A DNA stretch of 64,000 bases from Lama glama (taxonomy: Eukaryota): contig CM052816.1 in the NCBI GenBank assembly GCA_028534125.1, positions 99,884,001 through 99,948,000 of the forward strand. The letters are read 5' to 3'. The notes under the pieces were generated by a model, which was not told the DNA's origin, did not search any database, and saw only the letters and a list, made by a program, of their open reading frames with translations. This document shows, piece after piece, positions 26,781-39,510 of this stretch (positions are counted from its first letter, which is position 1; every line of letters begins with the position of its first letter). The position numbers and the translations under genes are program-made.

Positions 26781-26890
26781 AGAACAATCCTATGACACCT
26801 TGATTTTGGATTTTGGCTCCAGAACTGAGAGCACAAATGTCTGATGTTGGAAAGTCACCAACACAGCTGCCGGGGACCCTCACACATGGA
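26781..26890 (+). mobile_element. MLT1-type LTR 3' fragment abutting the gap
   Basis: gacaccttgattttggattttggctccagaactgagagcacaaatgtctgatgtt. Confidence 0.65.
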
Positions 26891-29800
26891 GCACGAGTGA
26901 GTATTCCTGACCCCTCGCTCCCACCCACCTGCAAGTCAGGAAGAGGAAAACTGGAGTCTGTGCCTCCCACTCGGCCACCGTGGCCATCAGCCGCACGGGG
27001 ATGGAAGGCTGTGCGGGGCTGTGTAGCTCCCTCTCGAACCTCGTCTTGGCTTCCTCTCTTAGAAGAAGCGTCAGGGTAAGGGCCCCTCTGGCTCCCATTT
27101 AAGGGTGTCAAAATGCAGTGCCAGCAGCAAATGCATAATCAGGACAGCTCCTGAGATGCACCCATGGGAGGAGCAGTAATATTTATGAAATAAAATCTGT
27201 GAGTGTTTTATGTGCTCAAATTAAACAAAGGAGAGTCCGTGAACAAACACACTGGGGGTTCAGATGGTGATGAGCTGTGACTGTTGGCGCTCGTGGTGGG
27301 GCAGCCAGAGAGCTTCAGGGCCGCCAGGTCCTGCCAAGGCAGTTTCTAAATTCAAGTCTCAGCAGCGGGCTCTGCCTGCAGGAAACCAGAAGACTTCAAC
27401 TTGAGAACGTGGCTTCCCCCGTCACAGCCCTTTTGAGATGTCTCTGTGAGACCTCCATGAATATCTTTGTAATGAGTTTCTATCTTAATTTTAAGAAATC
27501 AGGATGACGTGCTGCTTGCCACATATAACCTAATTCTGGAATACAAATTAGACCAGCCTTCGGTGTCTTTGAAATGCAGTGTGTTAAAAAATGGTACATA
27601 CAGGTTAAAAGATACGGATTCGGAACACCAGGATTTACATGAAATTATCACACGGGCTTTGATAGAGGCCTGGACAGATTCAAAGGAGCGAGTTTCACAC
27701 GAAGCTGCCTCCTTCTCTTTGAAAGCACCTTGGTCTCTGCACAGCCATCTATTAATTACATTACAGATCAGGTAAGTGGGAGCGTGGCTGCATGGAGATC
27801 ACAGCCTTCTTTTCTCTCGTGGAGACGAAAGGCGCGGACGCCTGTGAAGTCTGCGGGCAGCGGGGGGCGGGGGTGCTCTGTGACTGAGGGGCTGCGTTTA
27901 TTTTGACACGTGAGGGAAAGATCTGAGGTTCAGTGGCTGAGAGCAGGGCCGGGTAGGGGCGATGCAGGGCAGGCCGTCTGGGGAGGGCTGGACGTCAGGC
28001 CCGAGCTCACGGTATGGGGCGTCTCGGGTTGAGAAACCCTGTCGCTGCTTTTTGCATTCGAGTAGACTTTATGTTTTAGAGCAACTTGAGGTTCACCGCA
28101 AACTTGGGTGGCAGTGCCGAGCCTTCCCACGCGCCCCGCCGCGCTCACGCCCCGCCCGCCCCACCGCCCACACCCCACCAGAGCGAAGCCTGCTGCCACC
28201 CATGAGTCTGCATGGGCCGGTCATTACCACCCAGAGTCCACGCTTTCCACCAGGTCTTTTAAAACTCCTTTAATTACACAAATTGTGCTTTAAGTCCTAA
28301 ACAGAGACAGAGCGTTCTCCAACATCTGTGTGTGCGTTCCACGGAAAAGTGAGATGCACCGCAGGCGCCCCTCCCTCACAGCCACGTGCTCAGGGGCGCA
28401 GCCCTGGGGGTCTTCCGAGGCCAAGGCGGTGAGGCTCACCTGTTCTAAAATTTCAGGGAAACTACACCATCCCTGATCTACTGCATACAATTCTAGAGTC
28501 CCCACCGTAAGTCGTCCATGTGGTTAAGCCAAGTCAGATTTGCTTCGGGGAAACGGGGAGACTGGAGGATGAATGGCAGACAAATGAGTCCTTCTGGTCC
28601 CCAGCCATGTCGCGGGCCCTGAGCCCAGGACGGAGCGGAGTTTAAAGGTTAGTTGAATGAGTGGGTCCTACGTCCTGTCTCTTTTTTTCCTCCCGATTTG
28701 GGCCCACTCCCCGGTGCCTGCAGTGAACCTCGGTGCTGGTGCGTTGGCTTCTACCTCCCACGTCCCTGAGCTTATTTGCATAATGTGTCACCCTTTTGGG
28801 ATATGTCTTTACTGCAGGCATCTCGGACCACTTTTAGAAATGAGACACAACCCAGAGCAGGCGCGCGCCTCAGACGTCGGCGTCAGGCCGGCCGCGTTGC
28901 GTCTCGGTAGCCGCCGAGCTCAGGGCCCGTTTTCAGCTGGGACTTAGTGTGTTTTTTGGTTGCTTCCACCTGACACACCTTCGGGGCTTTTCAGAAAACT
29001 TACGCCTTCCAGGCCCTAAAAGGCTCTGAGTGAATCGGCTCCTTCCATGAGCTCCTCCCGGGGCTCCCACAGCCTCGCACCCTGCAGGTCCCCCTAGGGC
29101 GCCTGCGGGGTCCACGTGCTCACGGTAAGTGTGCGCCCGCAGGTGCCGTCTCTCCCCCGGCTCCGGGCCTCCGTCTCCCCGCAGAAAAGGGAGCAAGTTA
29201 CAGAGCCTGGGGGAGCCGGGGGTGTGAGTCTGTGTGAGTGTGTTCGTCCACTCAGGATGAAGTTATTTCCAGAAAACAGACTTCATTGGAAATAGAACTC
29301 AGGCTGCTTTTCGGCACATTTCAGAGGAAACAAACCTAAGAGTCGTCTGGCGTGCTGAGGGAGACATCATTACTGCAGACAAACCGTGGTCCCACAGTGT
29401 CTCAGAACCGTGCAGTGAGGGTGATGGAGGAGGTGGCTGCCAGCCCAGCCGTGGTCCAGCGGGGCAGACCTGAGGTGACAGGAGGGCCTGGCGGTCGGTC
29501 ATTCAAAGCCCGAAGGAGGCGCGCCATGCCGACACTATCTCAGTAGAACCGGGGAAAGATGCAGGAGGCTGGTCGACATCCGGGCTACTCACCCAGGTGC
29601 GCGGCTGTGGCATGGAGGCGGTCCGGGAGGGAGACGGCGGTGCTCCCGGGAGGTGCTCGGGCTCCTTGCCGGTCAGCCCACGCGTGCAAATAAAGCCTCG
29701 GGGGTCTGGAGGCGCCGTCCCCAGGGCAGCAGCAGGGAGCAGAGGGAGGGGAGCTGGAGTCCCTCAGCTCTCCGTCAGCTTCCCCCCAGATTCCCAAATG

Positions 29801-31399
29801 AAAGCAAACAAAACAACGTTCTTGCCGTGGAAACACAGCCTGGAGACACAGCCCCAAGTCCCACCCTGAGTCTCGGCGCGGGAGTCCGGAGTCACCCAAG
29901 ACTGGCCACCCGCCTCTTCAACCGAGGACCAGGAAGTGTGAGGAAGGCTCTGTCGTCCCCCGGGGGACACACGCTGTCGTCCCGAGGGCAGCGGGCCCCG
30001 GCCAGCCCACTGGGCCGACCGTTGTCCACTTTCCACTCAAACTGGTCTCCAGCCACAGAGCCCCGTTTCACTTATGTCTGGCGCCCGCGGAGGCCTTCAC
30101 GGTGAGCTGCTACAGTTTCCATTTGTAGCTACAGAGAATCCCATTCTGTAAAAGCATGTTTAGCCAGCTAATTAATCCTGATCTTTTCACTGAGAAAAGA
30201 AGCTGCACAATTTCCAGCTGACCACAGCGGACACAGCACTTGAGCTTTCAGAATCTTACCGCAGTCCCCCATCAATGCGCAGTGACACTTTGGATGGAAA
30301 AATCAATTTTCCCCTCCGCTCCTTTTAACCTCTTGAGCTATCTTCTTCCCTTCCCTGGACCCAGAGAACATAACTCACCATGAAAGCCGGACAGAAACGG
30401 CCTTGGGCATGTCTACAGGAAACTCAAGTCCATCTCATCAGTGGAAGGTCCCGTTTCCCCAGGCGAAGGCTGCTTGATGCCAACGACCCAATCACACCTC
30501 TCAACTCTCCTTATTAATCCTTAAATCTCCCCAGGAAAAGAGGCGAGTTGTTTCTGTTAATAATGTGAGAAGACGTGAGAGGCAGCCAGGTGGTTCTGGA
30601 GAAAAGGGTTATGACTCTATTAAACAGACATGCAGACCTGTGCGGCCACTCTGCCCCTCGAGCGGAGCCCCGGGCAGGTTCCCCTGCTAACCCCGACATC
30701 AGAGGAGCCCGTGGGCTCAGCACTGGGGTCACAGGAGGCTTGGCAGCCCCCAGCGTGGGGTCCCTGCTGGACACAGCAATGCTGCTCAGATGCCTGGCGA
30801 GGACCGGAGGACCCCCCCCCCGTTACTGAGCCCTGCAGACAGCCTCTCCGGGAATCGCCTGGCTGGAGAGGACGTCACCCAGGTCACACCCTCTTCTTGG
30901 GGTCCCGTTGCTGGTTATAGTGAGGGTGCAAAAGCTGAGCCCGCTCACCCCACGCCTGTGAGCCCCCTTCGAGTCCCTGAGGCTGCCTGCCCCTCCCTCT
31001 CCAGACGTCCCTCCCTAGAGGGCTTCCTCCATCCTCATCTGCACCTCAGCATCCGCTCCCCAGGACCCCGACCTGCAACGGTTTGAACTGAATCCCACCA
31101 TCCATAAAGTGAGTCACCTGCGCTGGTCACTTGCTGTCTTCATCTGTTTCTTCATCCTCGTCTAGGGAGTGGGAGTGAGAATGGTACCTCCTCCGTCAGG
31201 AGTCGAACGTTCAAACACGTCAGGTATCAACATACACAAGACTGGGCGACGACCTGAGCAGCTGATGGCTGTCAGGGACTGGCTTTTCTCCCGTGTGTGA
31301 GACGCACACTCGATGCTCTGTCTTGTAGACCAGGGCGAAACACACAGGGGTTTATTTAGTTTGGGGCACGTGACAGCCGTTGGCAGCTCCCGTTGGTGG

Positions 31400-31660
31400 G
31401 ACGAGGTGCTATGACCTGGATTTTGAGAAGCCGTCCCTGGCTGCCTTCACCGTTTCGTAGCCGGGCAGCAGGAGAGGTTAAACGGCTTTTGCAGTTATCC
31501 AGGTGAGAGCAGGCGGACAGGGTGGTGACTGAGCAAAGGGCCAGAAGTGAGATTAGAGGGAGACGCTGGAAGGAGGGTTAGCGGGCTTGCCGGCGGGCCG
31601 GGACTGAGGGAAAGCGAGTGCCCCACACTTCGTAGGCTGAGTCCCCGGGAGAGTGGTGGT
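31400..31660 (-). mobile_element. L2 relic
   Basis: atgacctggattttgagaag...ctggctgc...ttgcagttatccaggtgagag. Confidence 0.5.
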
Positions 31661-34600
31661 CCTGACAACCATGGCTTGTCCTAAGCTAAGACGTCATGGA
31701 GAGATGAGTGATCACCCCAGGCCGCCCCACTCGGTAGAGACAAAAGCCACAACACAACCTGGGCTCCGGGCCCGCGTGCCAACACACCTTCTGTCACACT
31801 GCCTGGCTCGTTTGTCATCAGCGCTGAGTGTGAAGTAATCACCTGGGCCAGTACTTTGACGGATCACACAGAGGAGGGCTTCCAGAACGATGGCAATGAG
31901 GGAGGAGTGAAAAAGTTACATTTTTAAAAAGGCAATTGTAGTGGACTGATCAGACCCGACGTCCTACAGTCGTCAGCGGCGCTGTTTCTCGCCCTGGGGA
32001 GTTACTGCCGAGCCCAGGGCATCCGGCATCCTTGCTGGGCCACCGTGGTGGTTCCACGGGCATGGGTGGGACTCCCTGCAAATACAGGGTGGGGAGGCCT
32101 TCCCCAGGCTTCTTGCCGATTCTGCGCCTCCGTCTCTTGCTTAAGCTCTTCCAAACATTCATTTTCATAATCTTAATTTGAGAACCTGGAGAATGTCATG
32201 GGGGATTTCATCTGAGACATAAGCCTGTTGACCGTTTCAGGTTTGGGGATGGGGGACCTGGCCATTTCCACTGGGGGGGTTCCGCTCCAGGCAGACAAAG
32301 ACATGGAGGTGCTTCGTGTGGTTAATCCTCTATGAGACTAGACCTTAGTGGGGTCCACGCATGTTGGCCTCTCAGGACACACGTCCTCAGGTCTAAGTGT
32401 GCCTATATGAGGAGGCTTTTCACCTCCAAGTAGCATCTGGGCTCTGCAGCTCTTTATTTTTAACTTCCTAAAGTCTCGTGAGCGCTGTTGCCTGTCCTCG
32501 CCCCTGACTCCCGCACACGGTGTGAGAGTGGATGGGGACATGATCTCCACGTGTTCTCTCTGCACCCGCGTCCACGGCCTGGAACACACACCCGAGACTC
32601 AGGTCTGATAGTAAAGTGCATTCGGAGCCCGAGGCCACATCGCACGGGGACATAGTTGAATTAACTTCATAACTTGAAGTGGAATTTATTCCAAAAATAT
32701 TTGCATTCTTACATGTTTTTTCATTACAAAATTTTTCTCTCTCAGTAAAAAAAAGTCTGAAATTCATGTAAGTATTGAAAAAAAACATAAATCAACAGTA
32801 TCTCTCCATTTATTAGGAAAGACAGTATTTCTGCAAGTTTCTCCCCAGGCTCTTTCCAGTGTACACGTGGATCAGTCCAGAAAGGTGGCTACATCTGTGT
32901 GTTTCCAGGATTGAGATCAGGTTAGTCAGTATTCCCCTCTTGTCACTCAGCGTTGCCATGTAGACATGTTCATATCCTCAAACAGTTTTGGAACTTGCGT
33001 TCGAATGCTTGTGTGTTTCCCATTGGGCGAGTGGATCAAAATCCGCTTACTCTTTTCCTCTGACCTTGATGCTGCCTCCGCATTTTGCTCCTACACATGA
33101 TGTGGGGACACGGGTCTTCCCTGAAACTCAGACCAATGTCCTTCCACTCCTCCCCTCTCTCCTCAGACTCCGCACACTCCTCTTCCTCGGGCTTCTCGCT
33201 TTTTTCTTATTTTCTTTCCCGTCTTTCAAAAACATAAGTAGCTCAATGCCCCTAGGTGGCTCTAGGGTTGAAAGTTAAAGCGAGTCTTCTTGCCTTGGGG
33301 GAAAAGCCGTCTCTGCAGGGCCCAGAACACAGCCGACAGGCAGAGCTGAGGTCCAGAGGGGACGTCAGAGACAGCGTCCCCTGGGCGGATGCTCCGGAAG
33401 CCAGCGGCTCACCCTGCGTGTAGACAGGGCAGTTCCCGGAGACCACAGAGCTGGCTCTTCAGAGCCCAGGGCTCCCCCAGATCTCAGCAGCGATGAGACC
33501 GAGGGTTCACTGGACAGAACGCGTCCCGGGGATGCCCGTGGTCCAGATACACACAGGAGTCCCGTTAGGATGGTTGAGCACTTCGCGGCGTCTCGTCACT
33601 TCTGTGGTTATGGTGGCCCATCTGTTGCGTCAGGCATCTGTGAGTTAGTCATCTGGCTTTAAAAGCAGCCCCACAAACGCAGATTCTCTTCACCGAAATG
33701 CAAAAACCAAAAATGGGGTATATTTCCCCAGGAGCAAGCCATCTGGGCCACCATGAAGAAAGCTCCAGCAGGCAGGGTGTGTCTGTCTGCCAGCCTGTCT
33801 GTCTGTCCAGCCTGGGAGCCCCGCAGCCAGAGCACGCTCAGCCCACCAGCCCGCCGGCTGTGAACCCACGCGAGCTCCTCCTGAGCCGGCGCCCCCGCAG
33901 GTGGGAGGCGGCAAACCACGCTCTTCCACTCGGGAGGCGCTGCTGCGGCCCCTGCCGCCGTGACCCCGGGCGCACGCCCCGCCAGGGTGGGCCCGAGGCT
34001 CCTGTGAGTGGGGTCGTCTCCCGGCTCCCTGGAAGCTCACGTTTCCATGACAGAGGAAGCCAGGCATCCTAGAGCCCGATTTCAAACAAATGGGGTCCCA
34101 CTGTGATCCCCAAGGTGCACATGGCTGGGGCTGCTTGCTCAGGACCCCAGACGCCTCTCAGCTGGTCCAGGTAAACACACCCACCTCACACCACTCCCCT
34201 TACTGATAAGCTTGCTGGCTTTCTGAATGTCCTAGCCTTTCCTCTGTTGGTCCCTGCATCCTTCTGTGACTGGTTGCTTGTTGTAGGCAGCTGGAGACAT
34301 GTTTTGTACCTTCCTGTGGCTGCAGCGCAGGGGTTTGCACTTTGCGAAGCCAGGACGAGTCCCAGGCTCTCGGCAGCTGTGGGAGCAGCTTGAATCCCCG
34401 CCTGCCGTCGAGGGCGCGCGCTGGAGAGCCTCCCGAGGGCTTCCGCGGGAGGGGCAGGCGCTGACCCGCCTCTGGCTTTTTCGGACTGCAGGCGGGCTTG
34501 GGAGGCGCCTCTGGCCTGGGGACCACACACCAAGGTGCGCAGCAGGGGGCCTTCGCGCCCCCCTTCACTCTCAGTCCCCTTTGGCCCCCGTCCAGGAAAC

Positions 34601-35693
34601 GTCACGTCGGGAGACATTCATTTCAACTTGGTACCGTTTCTGTTTGAGTCACACCCCAGTTGTCAGCACCGCAGATCACCACCTCCTTACAATGATTAAT
34701 TGCAGTTATAAGAGTAACAGGACACGGTAATTTGGGAGCAAGTGGAATTTAGAGGCATTTGTTTCCCTACGAGCTAAACACGTTGGTGGAGATGATCCGA
34801 AGGAGAAAGTCCAAATGCCGCTCCGGTCTTACTACTCTCAGCTGAAGCCCAGCTCGGACTACTGACGGTCTGTACTGCCCTCGGAAGCCAGTCGATGACC
34901 GCGCCGGCAGGACAGGGTCCGTCTATTCCGTCTTGTCTTTGTCAGCCCTCAAAATGCCCACCAGCCATCACCAAGTGTCCCCAGAGTCAAAAGGACAGCA
35001 GCCTAGGAGACGTGAACTCGATTTAACATGGAGTGTACATTCTCCAATAAGGACATTTCAAAATGCAGCAGTGAACTGATATCTGGAATCTAGACAGTGA
35101 TGAAACAAGGAAATATGGAGACTGAGAAGCCATCCAACCTGGACTTTCCTGTGGAGCCCCTGGGAATGGCTCTCTGTCTGCAGTGAGAGACTGGTGTGGA
35201 CCAAGCTTGCAGAATTATGGAACACTGGGCAAACTCGCTCACGGGGCACAGAAGACAGCATAGAAAGATGCATTCTCAGAAACTCCCATTGAAATTTGGA
35301 GGAAATATTAGGTTCTACTTTACAGTTTCAAGTTATTTGCCACTGATAAGAGCTGAAGCTAGAGTCAGGGAGCCTTAGCTACCGAAACTGGGATCCGTGG
35401 GGGATCCTTGGGTCCTTGGGTCTCCTGAGTCAGTTAGAAGGTTGTCAGTGACATGTTATAAATCACATGTTTTGATCACAAGATTATACTCTCTTAAACA
35501 TCATCCTTATGGTCAAAGACACATCACCATGGTAGAACCAATAAAATTGGCCTGCCCTTTGATAAAATTACTCAAGCATCATTATATAATTGGCACATCA
35601 CTTTCATTTGTGGGGAAGATCAACTATCTGTCTGAATTGAGTAATGGATAATTTTGCATTTGCTACAGTACATTTTTAAAAGAACACTCATAG

Positions 35694-37238
35694 GAAGAAC
35701 CTCCAAGACTTCAGACAACACCACAGAGTTACAGTAATCAAAACAGTGGGGTATTGGCATAAAAACAGACATATGAATCAATGGAAAAGAATAGAGTCCA
35801 AAAATAGACCCACAGACCTATGGTCAATTAATCTTCCACAAAGAAGACAAGAACATACAATGGAGAAAAGACAGTCTCTTCAGCAAGTGGCGTTGGGAAA
35901 ACTGGACAGTTAAATGTAAAACAGTGAAGTTAGAACACTCCCTCACAACATGCACAAAATAAACTCAAAACGGCTTGAAGACTTTTAAACAAGACAAGAC
36001 ACTATAAAGCTCCTAGAAGAAAACACAGGCAAAACATTTTCTGACATACATCTCAGCAATTTTTCCCTAGGACAGTCTATCAGGCAATAGATATAAACGC
36101 AAAAATAAACAAACGGGCCCTAATTGAGCTTATAAGCTTTTTCACAGCAAAGGAAACCATAAACAAAACAAAAAGACAACCTACAGAACGGGAGAAAATA
36201 CTTGCAAAAGATGCGAGTGACTAGGGCTTAATTTCCAGACTATATAAGCAGCTCATACAAATTAATGATAAAAACCAAGAAGCCCCATCCAAAACTGGGC
36301 AGAAGACCTAAACAAGCAGTTCTCCAGTGAAGACACACAAATGGCCAATAGGCACTTGAAAAAATGCTCAATATCACTAACTATCAAAGAAATGCAAATC
36401 AAAACTACAATGAGGTATCACCTCACCGGTCAGAATGGCCATCATTCAAACGTCCATGAACGATATATGCTGAAGAGGCTGTGGAGAAAAGGGAACACGC
36501 CTACACTGTTGGTGGGAGTGTAGTTTGGTGCAGCCATTACGGAAAACAGTATGAAGACTCCTCAAAAAACAAAAAATAGACTTCCCATATGATCCAGCAA
36601 CCTCTCTCCTGGGCATATATCCTGAGGGAACTTTAATTTGAAAAGACACCTGCACCCCAATGTTCACAGCAGGACTATTTACAATAACCAAGACATGGAA
36701 ACAACCTAAATGTCCATTAACAGATGACTAGATAAAGACATCGTGGTATATTTATATAATGGAATACTACTCAGCCATAAAAAACAAGAAGAGAATGTCA
36801 TTTGCAGCAACATGGATAGACCTGGAGGTCATCATTCTAAGTGAAATAAGCCAGAAAGAGAGAGAAAAATACCATATGATATCACTTATATGTGGAATCT
36901 AAAAAAAGAAAAGAAGACACTAATGAAATTATCTACAAAACAGAAACAGACTCACAGACGTAGAAAACAAACTTATACTTACTGAGGCTGGGGGTAAGGG
37001 GGTGGGGAGGGATAAATTGGGAGTTTGAGATTTGCAGATACCAACTACTTTACATAAAATAGATAAACAACAAGTTTATACTGTAGAGCACAGGGAACTA
37101 TATGCAAGATCTTGCCGTGACCTGTAATGAAAAAGAACATGGAAAGGAATACATGTATGTGTATGTACGACTGAAACATGATGCTGCGCACCAGACGTTG
37201 ACAGAACACTGAAAACTGACTATACTACAATAAAAAAT
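35694..37238 (+). mobile_element. 5'-truncated L1 (ORF2 C-terminus, 3' UTR, A tail), relatively young
   Basis: [12 protein letters not shown] motif; typical L1 3' UTR; probable TSD aacactcatag (35683-35693) / aagactcacag (37239-37249). Confidence 0.95.
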
Positions 37239-38851
37239 AAGACTCACAGAACTCCAATATTCAATTTGTATTCTGTTATTAGGACACACATCTTGGACAC
37301 GTCACAAAAGATGAGGAAGAAAGAAATGGTTGTATTTATTTTGCAGCCTCCTGAATTTAGCATCAGATGTAAAAATCGTGATATGAAAATTTGGTAGGAG
37401 GAGAAAAGCTGGACCACATGCCAGATGACGTCCGTGGCAGCTGCGCTCTTCAGAGGGGCGATGGCATTTCCTCCCGATGGGTCCCTGTGCTCCGCCAGCC
37501 CAGGATGTCAACACGACGCACAGAGAAAGTATGCTTTGTTCCGCTGCCTTCACATGGTCTCAGTATTGGCGCTTATCATTTACTTGTATTTTTAAAATCA
37601 AACACCATCCTGTCCCGTGTACAGATGCTGCCTGAGTGCTGTTCAGAGCTGGGCCATAGACGGCCGGTCATAACTGCCCGGATCTGTGTGCTAAAAATAA
37701 GTGTGGTGGGGTATATGGTTTTCCTTTTTTACTTAAACCAACTATATACATTTACATACATACATTCCTACATATACAAAAATAACCAATGTTCTCTGTT
37801 GGCTCCTGGATTTCAGCCCTGGGACGATTTTTCTGAGCACCAACGCCCCCTGCACGTAGCTTGTCGGCCCCCAGACACCCATTAATTGACTGCAAACACA
37901 ACTTTATTGCAAAATGACTGCAGCTTTATTAAGCAGCTGGATTTACAGGCAATAACATAATCAATATAACATTAATATAGCACATAATTAAATAAGATTT
38001 CCACAAGGTGCTGCCTGTATCCTGAAATATACAGAAGTTAATTGTTTTCACCGATGGCATTAACCAGGGGGTTCAAAACCAAACTTGGAAGAACACAGTC
38101 CCCAGTTGTTCTCATTTTTAAAGAATTCCATCTGATACAAAGCGGGAACAATCCCGAAACCCACAGGAACGCGGCATCTCCGTGAGCACCCCCCAGACCC
38201 GCCCCCGGGCCGCAGGCACGGCACTCGCTGGGCCGGTCAGTGCTCCTGCGGGGGACTGAGGGGTGCAGGCAAGTGTCAAACTGCGCTGAAGCTGTTTTCC
38301 CCACCAGCAGGGAGACGGCCGACCACCTCGGGCTCTTGGAAAGTTCCCACGGAACGTGCCACATCTGCCGGGGACGCGCGTCTCAGTCCTCCAGGGACAG
38401 GGCGGCGAGCACTGTCCCCAGAGTCCCGTGCTCCTGGCTGGGGCTCGGGGAGGCCCCGGGTGCCGGCGGCAGGGACCCAGAGGCACAGCCCCCGGAGGAG
38501 GGGGCCGGTGCGGCGCACGGCGCGTGCTCGGCCCCAGACTGTTTGAAAGGCAAACACTGCGGATGGGGAAATGTCCTCAGGAAGGAGGTCGTTAACTCGC
38601 TAAGTCCACGCACCTCTCACTTAGCTCAGCCTCTTAGCCACGCCAGCCTCCGCCTCTCCGGTTTCAGTAAGTACCTTGGAACTCGCTGCCGGAACATTCC
38701 AGGCCCCTTGGTGGCCGCCCACCCAGCCACCAAAATTAAGTGCTTAATTGAAGTGAAGTAGCCAAAGTCGGGGTCCCTGGTGAATAGAGGGGTGTGCAGA
38801 GCCCCACTATGGCCGCTTGGCATTGACGCGGGACTCGGGGTGATGGGAATT

Positions 38852-39510
38852 TTTTTAATTTTATTGAAGTACAGTTTACAATGTTGTGTCCGTTTCTGGT
38901 GCACAGCACAATGTTTCAGGCATACATACACGTTCATATATTCCTTTTCATATGCTTTCACCAGAAGTTACTACGAGATATTAAATATAGTTCCCTGTGT
39001 TCTACAGTGGGACTTTGTTTATCTATTTTATATACGGTAGTTAGTATCGCAAATCTCAGACTCTCAGTTTATCCCTTCCCACTCCCTCCCCTCACCCTGC
39101 CCCATAACCATGAGTTTGCTTCCTGTGTCTGTGAGTTTGTTTCTGCTTTGTAAATAAATTCATTTGTGCCTTTTCTTTTCAGATTTCACATACAAGTGAC
39201 ATTATATGGTATTTTTCTTTCTCTTTCTGGCTTACTTCACTTCACACAATGATCTCTAGGTCCATCCATGTTGTTGCAAATGGCATTATTTTATTCTTTT
39301 TTATGGCTGAGTAGTATTCCACTGTACAAATATATCACAGGTTCTTTATCAGGTCATCTGTCAACGGACAGTTAGGTTGCTTCCATGTCTTGGCTACTAT
39401 AAACAGTGCTGCTATGAACATTGGGGTGCGTGCATCTTTTTGAATTAGAGTTCTCTCCAGATACACACCCAGGAGTGGGATTGCTGGGTCATAGGGCGAG
39501 TCTATTTTTA
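38852..39510 (-). mobile_element. 5'-truncated L1 3' UTR, same type as the 35.7-37.2 kb copy
   Basis: Reverse-complement similarity to about 36575-37235; TSD gtgatgggaatt (38840-38851) / gtgacgagaatt (39511-39522). Confidence 0.93.

Noticed and set aside
26057..27111. ORFs spanning the N run
   Set aside because: Artefacts of the assembly gap
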